The notes under the pieces are model-generated. The model saw only the letters and a list, made by a program, of their open reading frames with translations. It had not been told where the DNA came from and did not search any database. Positions 52,192-64,000 of a stretch of DNA of 64,000 nt are shown here, piece after piece. The stretch lies in contig JAHRHZ010000065.1 in assembly GCA_024137785.1 (NCBI GenBank), forward strand, positions 24,604,911-24,668,910, written 5' to 3'. The position numbers and the translations under genes are program-made. This stretch comes from Ginglymostoma cirratum (taxonomy: Eukaryota). How positions within the stretch are numbered: the stretch's first letter is position 1; the number at the start of each line of letters is the position of its first letter.

Positions 52192-53110
52192 GATTGATTG
52201 ATTTATTGTCACTTGTCAAGGCAAGATCAACATTAGCAAGATCAGCATTTTTTGAGGCAGGAGAGTCCATTCATCAATCTGATTATGCCGGGACAAAGCT
52301 ATTTCTGAGCTTGCTCATGCTGTAGTCAGGCTTCTGTATCTTATGCCTGATGGAAGAGGTTGTAGGAGATCACTGCGGGGGTGCGATGGGTCTTTGATGA
52401 TGTTGGCAGCCTTTCTGCAGGAGTAAGCCCATGGAGTCCATGCATAGAAGGTTGGTTTCCATGAGGGTCTGAGCTTTGCACACCATCTTCTGTAATTTTT
52501 TATGGTCCTGGGCAGAGCAGTTGTCATACCAGGTCGTTATGCACCCGGACAGTATGCTTTCAGTGGTGCATCTGTAGAAGTTGGTGAGGAACCTTATGGA
52601 CATTCGAAATTTCCTGAGCTGCCTGAAGAAGAAGAGGTGTTGTTGTGCCTTCTTGACTGTCGCAATTACGTTGGAAGTCCAGAACTGGTTGTCGGTTATT
52701 GTCCCTTTGAGGAACTTGATGCTCTTCACTCTCTCAACCACAGACCCATCGATGTAGATGGGGGCATGTTCTCCTGCTTTCTTTCTGAACACAATGATCA
52801 TTTCTTTAGTTTTGCTGACATTGAGAGTCAGATTGTTTTCATTGCACCACGTCACCAAGCCCTCTATCTCTCTTCTGTTGTTTGACTCGTCGTTGTTAGA
52901 AATCCATCCAACTAGGGTGGTGTCGTCAATGAACTTGTAGATGGCATTTGTTCAGAATTTGGCAATGCAGCCATAAGTGAAAAGGGAGTACAGTAGGGGT
53001 CTGAGGATGCATCCTTGGGCGCTCCAGTGTTGACTGTTATTGTGGAGGAGGTGCAGTTACATATCTTCACTGATTGCAGCCTGTGGGTCAGAAAGCTGAG
53101 GATCCAGGAC
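52192..53110 (-). mobile_element. Rex1/Babar LINE 3' fragment
   Basis: WCNENNLTLNVSKTKEMI..KKAQQHLFFFRQLRKF; (aatc)n tail. Confidence 0.85.
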
Positions 53111-53193
53111 ATGATAAACTGGCTCATTTAGTGGTTACATATTCTGTGTATTCTATTATTGTATTTACACTTACTGCCCCATCCAAAGGATAA

Positions 53194-53227
53194 TTTCTGA
53201 AGAAGGGTCTAGGCCCGAAACGTCAGC
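53194..53227 (+). ncRNA. Minimal hammerhead ribozyme motif (Penelope-associated)
   Basis: ttt-CTGAAGA-a-gggt/ctag/gccc-GAAA-c-GTC-ag. Confidence 0.6.
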
Positions 53228-53289
53228 CTTCCTGCTCCTCTGATGCTGCTTGGCCTGCTGTGTTCATCCAGCTCTACACGTTGGTATCT
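53194..53289 (+). mobile_element. Mini Penelope terminal fragment with hammerhead motif
   Basis: ctgaaga-agggtctaggccc-gaaa-cgtc; 10-bp TSD caaaggataa (53184-53193 / 53290-53299). Confidence 0.8.
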
Positions 53290-53639
53290 CAAAGGATAAA
53301 TAATCTGCTGGTAAGTGTAAAACAAAATTAAAAACCTACACCAATTAAAGGGTTATAAAATGTTGACCTGCTTGCCTGAGAATTCAATCACGCTAGCCCT
53401 AAGTAGTGCTATGGCGCACCTACCTCTTGTATGAAGCCTCAGCCAGGAACAGATTCTGTTTATGTGAGGGTATTCTGCAAATCAGCATTCCCAGAAACAT
53501 CAGCAGTCTGTTTCAGAGATCCAATATTCTCTGGGAAAACAATATCTTACCTAGTTTTAGCTTTGAATAACTTGTGATCCTTAGTCCTAACATATTTAGT
53601 TAAACTATTGTTTGCTAAAACAGCTTGGAATATGTTTGA

Positions 53640-55665
53640 GACAGGAGATAAGTGGAGATGAGTTTGGTGGGGCAGGAGCAGGTGGGGACAATGGGTCGAC
53701 CAGGGCAGTCAGGTTCGTGGATTTTGCGAAGGAGGTAGAAGTGGGCCATGCGGGGTTGGGGAATGATGAGGTTGGAGGCTGTGGGTGGGAGGTCACCCGA
53801 GGTGATGAGGTTGTAGATGGTTTGGGAGATGATGTTTTGGTGGTCAGGGTTGGGGTCGAACTCATCTCCACTTATCTCGACTCCATTTTCTCCCCTTTGG
53901 TCCAGGAACACCCAATCTACGTCCGTGACACCACCCACGCCCTCCACCTCCTCCAAAACTTCCAATTCCCTGGTCCCTAACACCTGATCTTTACCATGGA
54001 CATCCAGTCCCTATATACTTGCATTTCCAATGCAGATGGCCTAAAGGCCCTCCGCTTCTTCCTGTCCCACAGGCCCGACCAGTCCCCCTCCAATGACACC
54101 CTCATCTGCTTAGCTGAACTCGTCCTCACCCTCAGCAACTTCTCCTTCAATTCCTCCCACTTCCTACAGGCAAAGGGGTGGCCATGGGTACCCACACGGG
54201 CCCAAGTTATGCCTGCCTCTTTGTAGGATACGTGGAACAATCCCTCTTCCAAAGCTACACTGGCCCTATCCCCCACCTCTTCCTCCGCGACATTGATAAC
54301 TGTATCAGCGCCACCTTGTGCTCCCACGAGGAGCTCTAACAGTTCGTCCACTTCACTAACACCTTCCAGCCCAACCTTAAGTTCACCTGGACCATCTCCG
54401 ATACCTCTCTCTCCTTCCTGGACCTCTGTATTTCCATCTCTGGCAACCACCTGGAAACCGATATCCATTTCAAGCCTACCAACTCCCACAGCTACCTAGA
54501 ATACACCTCCTCTCACCCACCTTGCTGCAAAAAGGCCATCCCCTATTCCCAATTCCTTCGCCTCCGCCGCATCTGCTCCCGAGATGAGGCATTCCACTCC
54601 TGGACATCCCAGATGTCCTCATTTTTCAAGGACCGCAACTTCCCCTCCACAGTGGTTGAAAACACCCTCGACCGTGTCTCTCACATTTCCCACAGCTCCT
54701 CACCCTTATCTGCTTTCCGGAGGAACCACTCTCTCCATGACTCCCTTGTCCAGTCCACACTCCCCACCAGCCTCACCACACCCGGTATTTTTCCCTGCAA
54801 CCACAGGAAGTGCTACACCTGCCCCTACACCTGCCCGCTCACACTCATCCCAGGCCTAAGAAGACTTTCCAAATCAAACAGATGTTCACCTGCACATCTG
54901 CTAATGTGGTATACTGTATCCGCTGTTCCCATTGTGGCCTTCTCTACATCGGGGAAACCAAACGGAGGCTTGGGGACCACTTTGTGGAACACCTACACTC
55001 AGTTCGCACCAAACAACTGCACCTCCCAGTCACGAACCATTTCAACTTCCCCTCCCACTCCTTGGACAACATGTCCATCCTGGGTCTCCTGCAGTGCCTC
55101 AACAATGCCACCCGAAGGTTGCAGGAACAGCATCTCATATTTCGCTGGGGAATCCTGCAGCCCGATGGTATCAATGTGGACTTCACAAGCTTCAAAATCT
55201 CCCCTCCCCCGACCACATCCCAAAACCAGCCCAGCTCATACCCGCCTCCCTATCCTCCCTCCCTATCCTACCTGTCCTCCCACCTATCCACTCCTCCCAC
55301 CTCAAGCCCCACCCCCATCTCCTACCTACCAGCCTCATCCTTCCTCCTTGACCTGTCAATCCTCCCTGGACCAACCTAGCCCCTCCCTACCTCCCCACCT
55401 ACACTCACCTTTACTGGCTCCAACCCCACCTCCTTGACCTGTGTCTCCTCCCCACCTATCTTCTCCTTTATCCATCTTCTATCCGCCTCCCTCTTTCTCC
55501 CTATTTATTTCAGAATCCCCTTCCCCTCCCCCATTTCTGAAGAAGGGTCTCGACCTGAAATGTCAGCTTTCCTGCTCCTCTGATGCTGCTTGGCCTGCCG
55601 TGTTCATCCAGCTCTACACCTTGTTGTCTCAGATTCTCCAGCATCGGCAGTTCCTACTATCTCTG
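53640..55665 (+). mobile_element. Penelope-like (Neptune-type) retroelement, 5'-truncated with a 5' inversion; frameshifted RT + GIY-YIG
   Basis: RT motifs FTMDIQSLYT, AMGT and a degenerate YIDD. Cys linker CNHRKCYTC; VVYCIRC..LYIGETKRRL. 15-bp TSD ttggaatatgtttga (53625-53639 / 55666-55680). Confidence 0.92.
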
Positions 55666-55736
55666 TTGGAATATGTTTGATTAGGTCTGAAATTATCCAA
55701 TTAAGTCAATTGCTTTCTGCCTAAATTTGATTTTGA

Positions 55737-56420
55737 TTTTATTGCCACACGTATTTTACAGAAGTATACAGTAAAATACAGTGAACAGGTTTCATTTGTC
55801 ACCATGATATGGTGCCATTTTGAATTATTTAAGAATAAGGGAAAAGAAAGATATAGCTTGATAAGAGTCCATCAGTCCTGAGCCAGCTCATCACCACCAA
55901 TGATACCTGTGCTGCCATCCCTCTGCCACCACTTCGCCGCAATCTACACCAGACCCAACCAGCATCAAAATTACCGATGCTCAGGCACCATTTTTGCTGT
56001 GGGCTGATACTCCTCTGCCTCTGCCACTGCCTCGTGCTGCCTGTGCCAGACTAAGCAACATTAGAGTCGTGTCTCTTGCCACTAGGCACCCCCCTCATTG
56101 ACGTTACAGTATGCCCTTCCACCACTGCCTTGCTGACACCTGCACCAGAACCAACCAACAAAAAATGTGGTTGATCCTCGGGCACCGCCTTTTGACACTG
56201 AACCAACCTCGATTCTGCCAATTTGGCAGCCGCTGGTTCCGGGTCACTGTGCTTGCTCCAGAAAAGTAAGTAGGGGCTCACTCGAGGTCCACGTGCTGGG
56301 CTCTCACCGCTGCCAATGCCGTTCAAGCTCAGGACAAGGTAAGTGAGTGAAAAAAAGGACAAGACAGTAACAAAAAAGAAAAAGAAAAGCAGTTGGGCAG
56401 ACAAGCTGCAGCACAGGACT
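55737..56420 (-). mobile_element. Non-autonomous repeat, related to 63165-63690
   Basis: Shared left end tttattg.cac..agtgaa..gtc.cca..ggtgccattttga, GC-rich middle and A-rich right end. Confidence 0.45.
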
Positions 56421-56607
56421 CTTACTCTGTTGTCCTCTAAATCTACAGGGGTGAGTGGAATTCTTTAAGAAAGAAAGTTTTACATAGTTGGAGCAAAAGA
56501 ACATAGCAAGCAAGATGAAAATAGTAATGAAAGCCTCGAAACATTCCACCATCACTTAGCACTTCCTCTTTAAGATGTAAAAACACAAGCAAAATAATTG
56601 ATTTATT

Positions 56608-56744
56608 CAGAGATAAAAGGTACTGCAGATGCTGGAGGATCCGAGATAACAGAAATCTGATGAAGGGTTTAGGCCCGAAATGTCAAGTTTTCCTGCTCCT
56701 ATGATGCTGCTTGACCTGCTGTGTTCATCCAGCCCCATGCTTGT
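56608..56744. mobile_element. Mini Penelope inverted fragment with hammerhead motif
   Basis: 13-bp TSD taattgatttatt (56595-56607 / 56745-56757); ctgatga..gaaatgtc. Confidence 0.8.
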
Positions 56745-57867
56745 TAATTGATTTATTGCTTTAATTAAAAATATTAATTTATGTAATGACTGTTTACATT
56801 TTGAAGAAAGCATTTTTTCTTGGCGGTCTCTCAAGATTTCTCTCACAAAAGGCTGTATTGTCATTGACATTTTCTAAGTTGAACAGTTTGGCTCAAGGTG
56901 CTGCGAATGCTTTTCCACACCAAGATGTTCCACAGTCAAGGTCAGTCTGTCTCTGTAGCCAATGTATCTGATCCTTCCCAAGACACACAATTTACTCATC
57001 TGACTAACATTTAACATGGAATTCAGATAATTATTGAATATGGAACAGATATATTTGTCCTTTAAAATGTTTCCTGCCCCTCACTCCCCAATTCAAGCGC
57101 TTTGGGTTTATGAAGGTGACAGATGCTAACATTGGTAAATGGACCATTTTACACACAGGTATTGAATAGTTATTCCAGGACATCAAATGTTAATCAATCA
57201 GCTGTAAGATTCCAGATAAGCAGATGTTGCAGTTTTAGGCTGCATGCATAATAAATGAACATCTGAAAAGTTTCTGTTGATCAGATCTGCTGTTCATTTT
57301 ACGTGCTTACTTTCTTTTTCTTGATCAGCAATTTTCCTTTTTTCGATCGTATTGATTCCTTACTTAAGTACCGCTCAGCAGGCTCTGAGTGTCAGCTGAC
57401 ACTTTGCCAAAGATGAATCATCATGGGATCATAAATCAGGAGAGGGATGGAAGCCTGGCCAATTTTCCCCTCCTTACCCTTGGCTACTAAATTCACCTGC
57501 TTCACCTTCTACTGCAGCCTGGTTGAAACGAGCTAACTAACTTGTCGGGCACTTTTCATGCTGGAGGCACACCTTTGCTTTGGAGATATTCATATCTGTG
57601 ACAACTATCATTTTGGTCTCTGTATCTTAGTCAGACATTAAAGTACAGAGGGGTCAAACATTTGTCCAGCATCAAGACTCATTTATCAGATCCCTGCTTT
57701 GTCAGGTAAAACAGCAATTAAGGTAATAGAATACAGGAAATATTTTAATTTCACAAGTTTTGCATTATGAATTCTGGGAAACTTAAAATAATACTTCAGG
57801 GAACAGTTAAGAATCTCAAGCTATTTTCTTGCTGTAACATATCTCATGAGTTAAGTGAAACACTGAA

Positions 57868-57898
57868 CTGATGAAGGGTTTAGGCCCGAAACGTCAAG
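57868..57898 (+). ncRNA. Minimal hammerhead ribozyme motif (Penelope-associated)
   Basis: CTGATGA-a-gggt/ttag/gccc-GAAA-c-GTC: intact catalytic boxes, stem II and a palindromic ACGT stem III. Confidence 0.6.
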
Positions 57899-57995
57899 TT
57901 TTCCTGCTCCTATGATGCTGCTTGACCTGCTGTGTTCATCCAGCCCCATGCTTGTTATCTCGGATTCTCCAGCATCTGCAGTACCTTTTATCTCT
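57868..57995 (+). mobile_element. Mini Penelope terminal fragment with hammerhead motif
   Basis: Nearly the reverse complement of 3726-3846; begins exactly at CTGATGA. Confidence 0.8.
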
Positions 57996-58854
57996 GTAAC
58001 AAGTTATTGTTATTTTAAGCTATGTGCCTGCAATTTTATTTCTGAATTGGTCTAATTGTCACTTCCTAAATGGAATTATCTGTTTTCTAAAAGTTTATCA
58101 AGCTGTCAGTAGAGCATATGGGAGTATCCTGTATTATTTCCAATATGTACTCTATTGTTCACCTGTGCATGAGTTACAACTTTCAACAAGATTCTGGTAG
58201 AAGGAAACAATGCATTGACTTAGAAAAAAAAATTGGAGTTATAGTAGTCAACCATTAGAACAGATACATAATATACATTCCAGTCAATGCTTTCAAAATC
58301 CTCTCTGGAGCCACAGTGATTCATATTACCATATCTGGGAGCATTCATCATTATCATTGTTCAAAATGGCACGTATAACTACCAACACCACAATATTGTT
58401 TCAATATCAAAATTCTTCCTGAAATGCCTTGAAGGGACACTTCTGAGGAGTCATTTATAAAATACCTAACTCAATATTGAGAGAAACATCAAACTGGATG
58501 GAGTACTGAAATTATTTTTGTTTCACTAGGGAGGCAAAAAGTGGCCAATATACTTGAAGCTATGAACATGTACTGGTTTAGAAAAACACAATGGGCTTAA
58601 TTTCATTATTAGATGACCTCAGAAAAAGTTTTCTGCAATGATTTGGCAATATTAGTGTCACAGTTTTCCCTATTCTCCATGTCAGTATGAAACTAATGCC
58701 AAGCCAGGATTCTCTATGCATCCAGTTACAGTGATGTCATCAAGAAGCGTAAACACTACAGCAAATAACAAGTATAGAACACTGCATCTTCCAAAGAGAA
58801 AAATAAACACTTGAGACACAAAAATGATAAGAAGTATGAGCCAGAGAAGAGCAT

Positions 58855-59372
58855 AAACTATGTAAGCTGGGAGGAGGATAGTGTAGAACTCCAAAAAGGA
58901 CATTGTGACAAGTTGGTGGTGTGGGCAAATAGATCACAGATGAAGTTCAATATGGAGGAATGCAAGGTGATGCATTTTGATAGGGAAAACATTGACAATA
59001 CAAAATAAAGGGTATAATTGTTAACAGGATGCAACAGCAGAGAAACGTGTGTGTATAAGTGCATGGATCACGAAGGTGGCAGGACGGGTGGAAAGACAGC
59101 ATCCTGGGTTTAAATAATAAGGTCATAGAATACAACACCACAGAGGTTATGCTGAACCTATACAAAAAACTTGGTAGACCTCACCTAGGGGTGCAGTATT
59201 GTATGCAGCTCTGAGTACCATACTATATGAAGGCTGTGAACGCGTTAGAGAGAGCACAGAAGATATTTTAAAAATGGTTCCCAAGATGAGAAACTTCATG
59301 GGGCTAGATTGAATACATTAGAGCTGTTTCCTTAGAAAGAAGAAAGCTAAAAGGAGATCCAATAGAAATGAA
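58855..59372 (+). mobile_element. CR1 LINE fragment
   Basis: QMKFNMEECKVMHF, EVMLNLYK. Confidence 0.75.
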
Positions 59373-59658
59373 ACCATTTGTCTTTTTTTTAAGAAAAGGC
59401 TTTTTATTTTTACATTTCAACCCATACAATATGATATACGTGAGTACATGAAGAAAATGACACAAAACAAAATGAATAAAACAACTCAAAACCACACCAG
59501 TAATTACAAAATTGGAAGAGGTGCAAGTCACTCAATTCAGGCAGAAGGTATCAGCAATACTTGGTTAAGGACGTGACAAGTAGAAATAAACAAAAACAGA
59601 GCAAATTGGGATGCTCAAACCTTGAATTTCATTTCATTTTTTCCAGGTTATCCTAGAC

Positions 59659-59866
59659 CAGCGTCTACCAAATGTTCACCCATTGTGACCCCTTGACAAG
59701 GTTTGAAAATTCTCTGAGTCTTTCAGTGAGAATTGGGAGAGCACATGAGGAAAGAGTGAGAGCTTGATCAGGGTACTGGTGACAGTTGCTGTGTCAGAGG
59801 CTAGGACAACAAAATCTCAGCTTGTGACCCCACTTGGGGTCCCAACCCCTAATTTGGGAAGCCCTG
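59659..59866. mobile_element. hAT-type MITE
   Basis: Imperfect TIRs cagcgtctaccaaa / tttgggaagccctg; 8-bp flanking repeat tcctagac / tcctagct. Confidence 0.6.
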
Positions 59867-61189
59867 TCCTAGCTTATGCACCCTTGTAACATGTGGCACA
59901 AAAACATTGGCATCAGTCAGGGAAAGTATTGACCAAGTGTTCAAAGGAAAAGCAACCAAGAAAGATACAAATAAATAATGAATGGACAACTGCAGTATTT
60001 TGTTGAGTGTTTTAGTAGTCATTTCCATTGCACAGTTTCTAAATTATTTACAGCTGAAGAATAGATGGATGCATACAGTGCTAAAACATGAACTTTTGAT
60101 GCTGAGCTATGGGATCAATGACTACCGGTAAAAAATTGATTGCATTTCTGTCATTCCAATCCGAGAATCTGTGATTTGATGTGTTATATATTTAAATCCA
60201 CAAAGGATCAAAGAAACACAACTCTGCATTTCAGTTTTACAGTGAGACTCTGGTTCTTTGTGATAAATATTATGAAAAATACAGAGGCAATACACAAATT
60301 TCACTTGCTGGATTTTGTAACATCAAATGATTCTTCATAATGCAAACAATTGGCTTTCAGATGCATAAAGATAAAAATAAAAGAGCTGAAAGTTTATCAA
60401 AGGCTGATTATTTTACAACAAAACAATACACTTGGTTCAGAGTAATCTGATTGTATTTTTCGTCTAATTCTGCAATACAGGAAGAGAATTTGTATAGAAC
60501 AGGCTTAACACTACCTTCTCAAGAGCAATGATGGACTGGCAATAAATATTGGCCTTGCTAGAAATGCTCATACAAAATGAATTTTAAACATGCTACAGCA
60601 AAATTCTTTCCATTAAAATAGTTCCTGAAGAAATATATGTTGCATAATTGTAGTGACAAATTTTAAATGGATGAAATCCATCACAAATGTGGTCCCTTCA
60701 CAAAAATTAAAACTCTCAAATTGGAAATGAAATTTGCATATAACGGCCATAATGACAAATCAGTAACAGTTTTAGAATGCGCATGCTTTTGGGCTCTTTG
60801 TTTCTTTGGAATGAAATGCATTAGAAATTGCAAACCAGTCACTGTGTACCTATTAGCTATAATAGAACTGAAAAATGTCATGAATGAACTGCTAAATGCT
60901 GTGCAGTCCTGAGATTTTGGTTGCATGGTTGTACAGTACGGTTGTAACCTAATGCAATGAAGTAGCAGCAGAATCCAAAGGTGTGGCTTATAAGAGGGAT
61001 ATGTAGTGGGTCATTTCTAATGATTGAAAATGCAATGCTAATGTCTAATTATAACTAGAAAGAGCTTACAAAACATTGTATGTTTTCTTTCCAGTTTACT
61101 CTCCTATTGTGGCACTTTTGGAAGTGCATTGAAACAAATTATTCTTAGGCTCCTATTAATACCAGTCATTGTGGCAAACAATTCCAATC

Positions 61190-61722
61190 TGACTCATCAA
61201 AGCCTGTCCACCATCTTCAAGGCACAAGCCAGGAAAGTGATGCAATATTTCCAATTGTTTGCATGAGTGCAGTTCCAGCAACAATCAAGAAGCTTGATAC
61301 AATTCAGGACAAATCAGTCTGATGAATGGCGCCCCAAAACACCACCTTAAACATTCACTCCCTCCACCACTGATGCACAGCGGTAGCAATACACATCACC
61401 CACGTGATGCACTGCAGAACCACACCAAGGCTCCTTTGACAACACTTTCCCAACCTGCAACCTCTACCATCCAGAAAGACAAGGACAACAGATGCATGGG
61501 AAATTCTGCAAATTCTCTTGCATGCTAGATCCTGATTTAGAATTGTTATCACTGTTCCTCCACTTTTGATGGGTCAAAATCCTGGAACTCCTTTCTTAAT
61601 AGCACAATGGAGTACCCGCTCCACAAGTACAAGGTAGTTCACAACCATCTTCTGAAAGACAGTTAGAGATGGGCAATAAATACTGGCCCTGCCAGTGTTG
61701 CCCTCATCCTATAAATTAAAAA
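61190..61722 (+). mobile_element. CR1/L2-clade LINE 3' fragment
   Basis: SLSTIFKAQ, KKLDTIQDK; tail gatgggcaataaat.ctggcc followed by poly(A). Confidence 0.75.
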
Positions 61723-62069
61723 AAAAATCAATAAATCAGTCTCCTTCCCTCTGCGATGCAGTCACCAATGAAACTAATTTGTCTTCCTATTAGGTGGCAG
61801 GGAATAATTTAGTTTACCAATACATGGCCCTCCTGAGCTGTTTAGCGCGTAGACTAAGTTACTTCCATACAAATGCACCTGCTGCAAATTTCTGACATTG
61901 TTATCATTGCATATCATACTAATGATCTTACAATGTCCACATTAGTTCAGCATCAGCTGGAATATTGTGATCAATTCTGAACACTGTACATTCAGAAGAT
62001 TGTTAAGGCTTTAAAGATAATGCAGAGGACATAGCTGTGCCCATCCTGACCGGTATTTGAAAATGTAGC

Positions 62070-62690
62070 CCAAAGAGCCAGCAGCACTCAAACAGGCTAT
62101 TTGGTCCAACTAATCCATGCTGCTCCTTAATCTACATGTGATCCTCCTTCCATTCTTTTCTCCAGTCCTTCTATTCCCTTCTCCCCAAATCATGCATCAA
62201 GCCTCTACTTGAATGCAAAGCCATTGCTTTCAACTATTCCACATTCTCAGCACACACTGTGTGAAGAAATTACCCCTATTGTTATTTACCAGTGGCTATC
62301 TTATGTTCACAATCCCATACCCCACCCAAGTAGAAACTCTTCCTCTACATTCATCCTATTGAATCCTTTCGCTAGCTTGAGAGGGCGCTGTCAGGGCTTC
62401 TCTTTTCCAAAGAAAAGAGCCCCAGTCTGCTCAAACCTTTCAGTTGCATCCTCTTCAATCTATCAACTTCCCCAAATACCTGTCCATCATTTTTCCATTG
62501 CTTCAAAACATTTTCTGTGATATGGAGAGCTGAATCCCACACAGTGCTCAAAGTAGAATCCAATGAACTCACTTTAATATTACCTCCCTGCTCTTGTATC
62601 CTATTTCGATAATAATGAATCACAATATTTTGTTTGCACCTTTTATAGTTTTACCAATTAATGTTATTACTTTAAGTGATTTATGAAGTG
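62070..62690 (-). mobile_element. Degenerate CR1 fragment
   Basis: LSRLGLFSLEKR. Confidence 0.6.
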
Positions 62691-63164
62691 GTATAAATTT
62701 TTGCTAAGACCCGCAGTGACCATAAATCTAATTATACATCTGGCTGTAGTTCTGGGATTCTGTCCAACATATTTTTCCTAGCCAGGCTGGCCTCTGACCA
62801 TCAGAAGTTGTGTCACTCAGAGCTGCCAAATTGCACTGGGCCACCAACTTGGCAGCTTGCACGTGGCCACGTCGAAAGTAACGAGGGAAAGTGGATGTGC
62901 TCTTGACAGAGTTAAAATTTATGCCATATTTCCTGAACTGAGAATTAACTGAGAATTAGTGTGTTTATAGCACACTAACAATGCTGTTCTGCAACTAACT
63001 AATTAGAAACAATAAAGGCAGCTTGCCCTGTGAGGAAGTGGCTCACAGCTCCTTGCTCTTCCTTCTCCAACCATCAACTGCCAACTGACCTTGAGGACTA
63101 CACGTGAGACTCCAGAATGCAACTTGTTTTCCATCATTGTACAGCACGGGCAATGATATTGAGT

Positions 63165-63690
63165 TGTTTATTGTCACAAATATCTAGAAAGAGAGTGAAA
63201 AGTGCTTGGTCGCCACAATCCGGTGCCATTTTGAGTTACAAGAAGAATAAAAAGAAATTAAATAAATAGAGTTCATCTTCTGTGTGAGGGGTTTTCAAAC
63301 ACAACTCCAGGGCTTCTGCGAGGGCTCTGCAAAGTGTCCCAGGTCTCAAGGAGTCCCCACTCCAGGTACAGTGATAACAAAGCCACCAAGAATATACTCT
63401 TCAGGCATATCCCAGCACAGCTCCCTACTCCGGGCACTGCCTCTGCCGCTGCAACCCACCACCAAGAATCCCTGCTCCAGGCACTGCTACCATCGCAGCC
63501 AAAGACCCGCCGAATCCAAGCTCCAGGCCTTGAGTGGCCAGGAGTCCACGCTCTGGGCAACGCCACCACTGCAGCTGATGTCCAGCCCACATTGCTTGGC
63601 TTCCCAATGATGTCAGAAGATAAACAAATGAAAGAAAAAGAGACAGAAAAAGACGAAACAGGAGAGAGAGAGAAGCATGCTGCCCATGTG
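63165..63690 (-). mobile_element. Non-autonomous repeat, related to 55737-56420
   Basis: Same architecture as 55737-56420; the tttattgtcac end matches the Rex1 3' tail at 52202. Confidence 0.45.
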
Positions 63691-64000
63691 GACATATACC
63701 AGGCACAGAGAAAGCTCTTTAAAAGCACAATCAGCCAGGAACTATCTGATCAAAGTGTATTCTTCAGGCCTGAGAAATCAACATAAACAGAGAAACAGTA
63801 TTAATTTCATTTGTTGCAAACATACCAGTTGGCACAGGCAGACAGCAAAGTCAAGGAGTTCTCGAGATTTTTATCTGAATTAATGCAATGCATTGGTGTC
63901 ATGGACTGAGTTTATGGTGGAATGCTGCTGAAAAAGACACTTGGGAGCACACAGCAAGACAGATAGCACTGAATACGTCATACTGACACGTTCACAATTG

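Noticed and set aside
63273-63786. Overlapping 150-aa ORFs on both strands
   Set aside because: GC-rich interior of a repeat-like element; no recognisable domain.
1-64000. Prokaryotic systems (CRISPR arrays, operons, defence islands)
   Set aside because: The sequence is vertebrate intronic/intergenic DNA with no regularly spaced repeat-spacer array or dense ORF packing.

Overview
Eukaryotic, AT-rich, repeat-dense vertebrate DNA. The repeat content (HE1/V-SINEs, many CR1 LINEs, Rex1/Babar, RTE, Neptune-type Penelope elements) suggests a cartilaginous fish, probably a shark (inference). Most ORFs in the supplied track are transposon remnants or noise. The main non-repeat feature, largely missed by the ORF track, is a spliced minus-strand gene of the CARD19 (BinCARD) family with TWO complete CARD modules in tandem. 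CARD1 is exons 43251-43393 + 40504-40657; CARD2 is exons 37682-37813 + 34973-35125. There are candidate linker exons and a CpG-enriched 5' region at about 47.7-48.6 kb. As assembled, CARD1 has an in-frame TGA (40598-40600) and CARD2 has shifted splice boundaries, so the locus is decaying, mis-assembled or recoded. Penelope-derived insertions with 10-16 bp target-site duplications carry about ten minimal hammerhead-ribozyme motifs. There are two assembly gaps (4080-4479, 17067-17076). All protein comparisons were made by eye against sequences recalled from memory and need database confirmation. Repeat boundaries are approximate unless a TSD is given.
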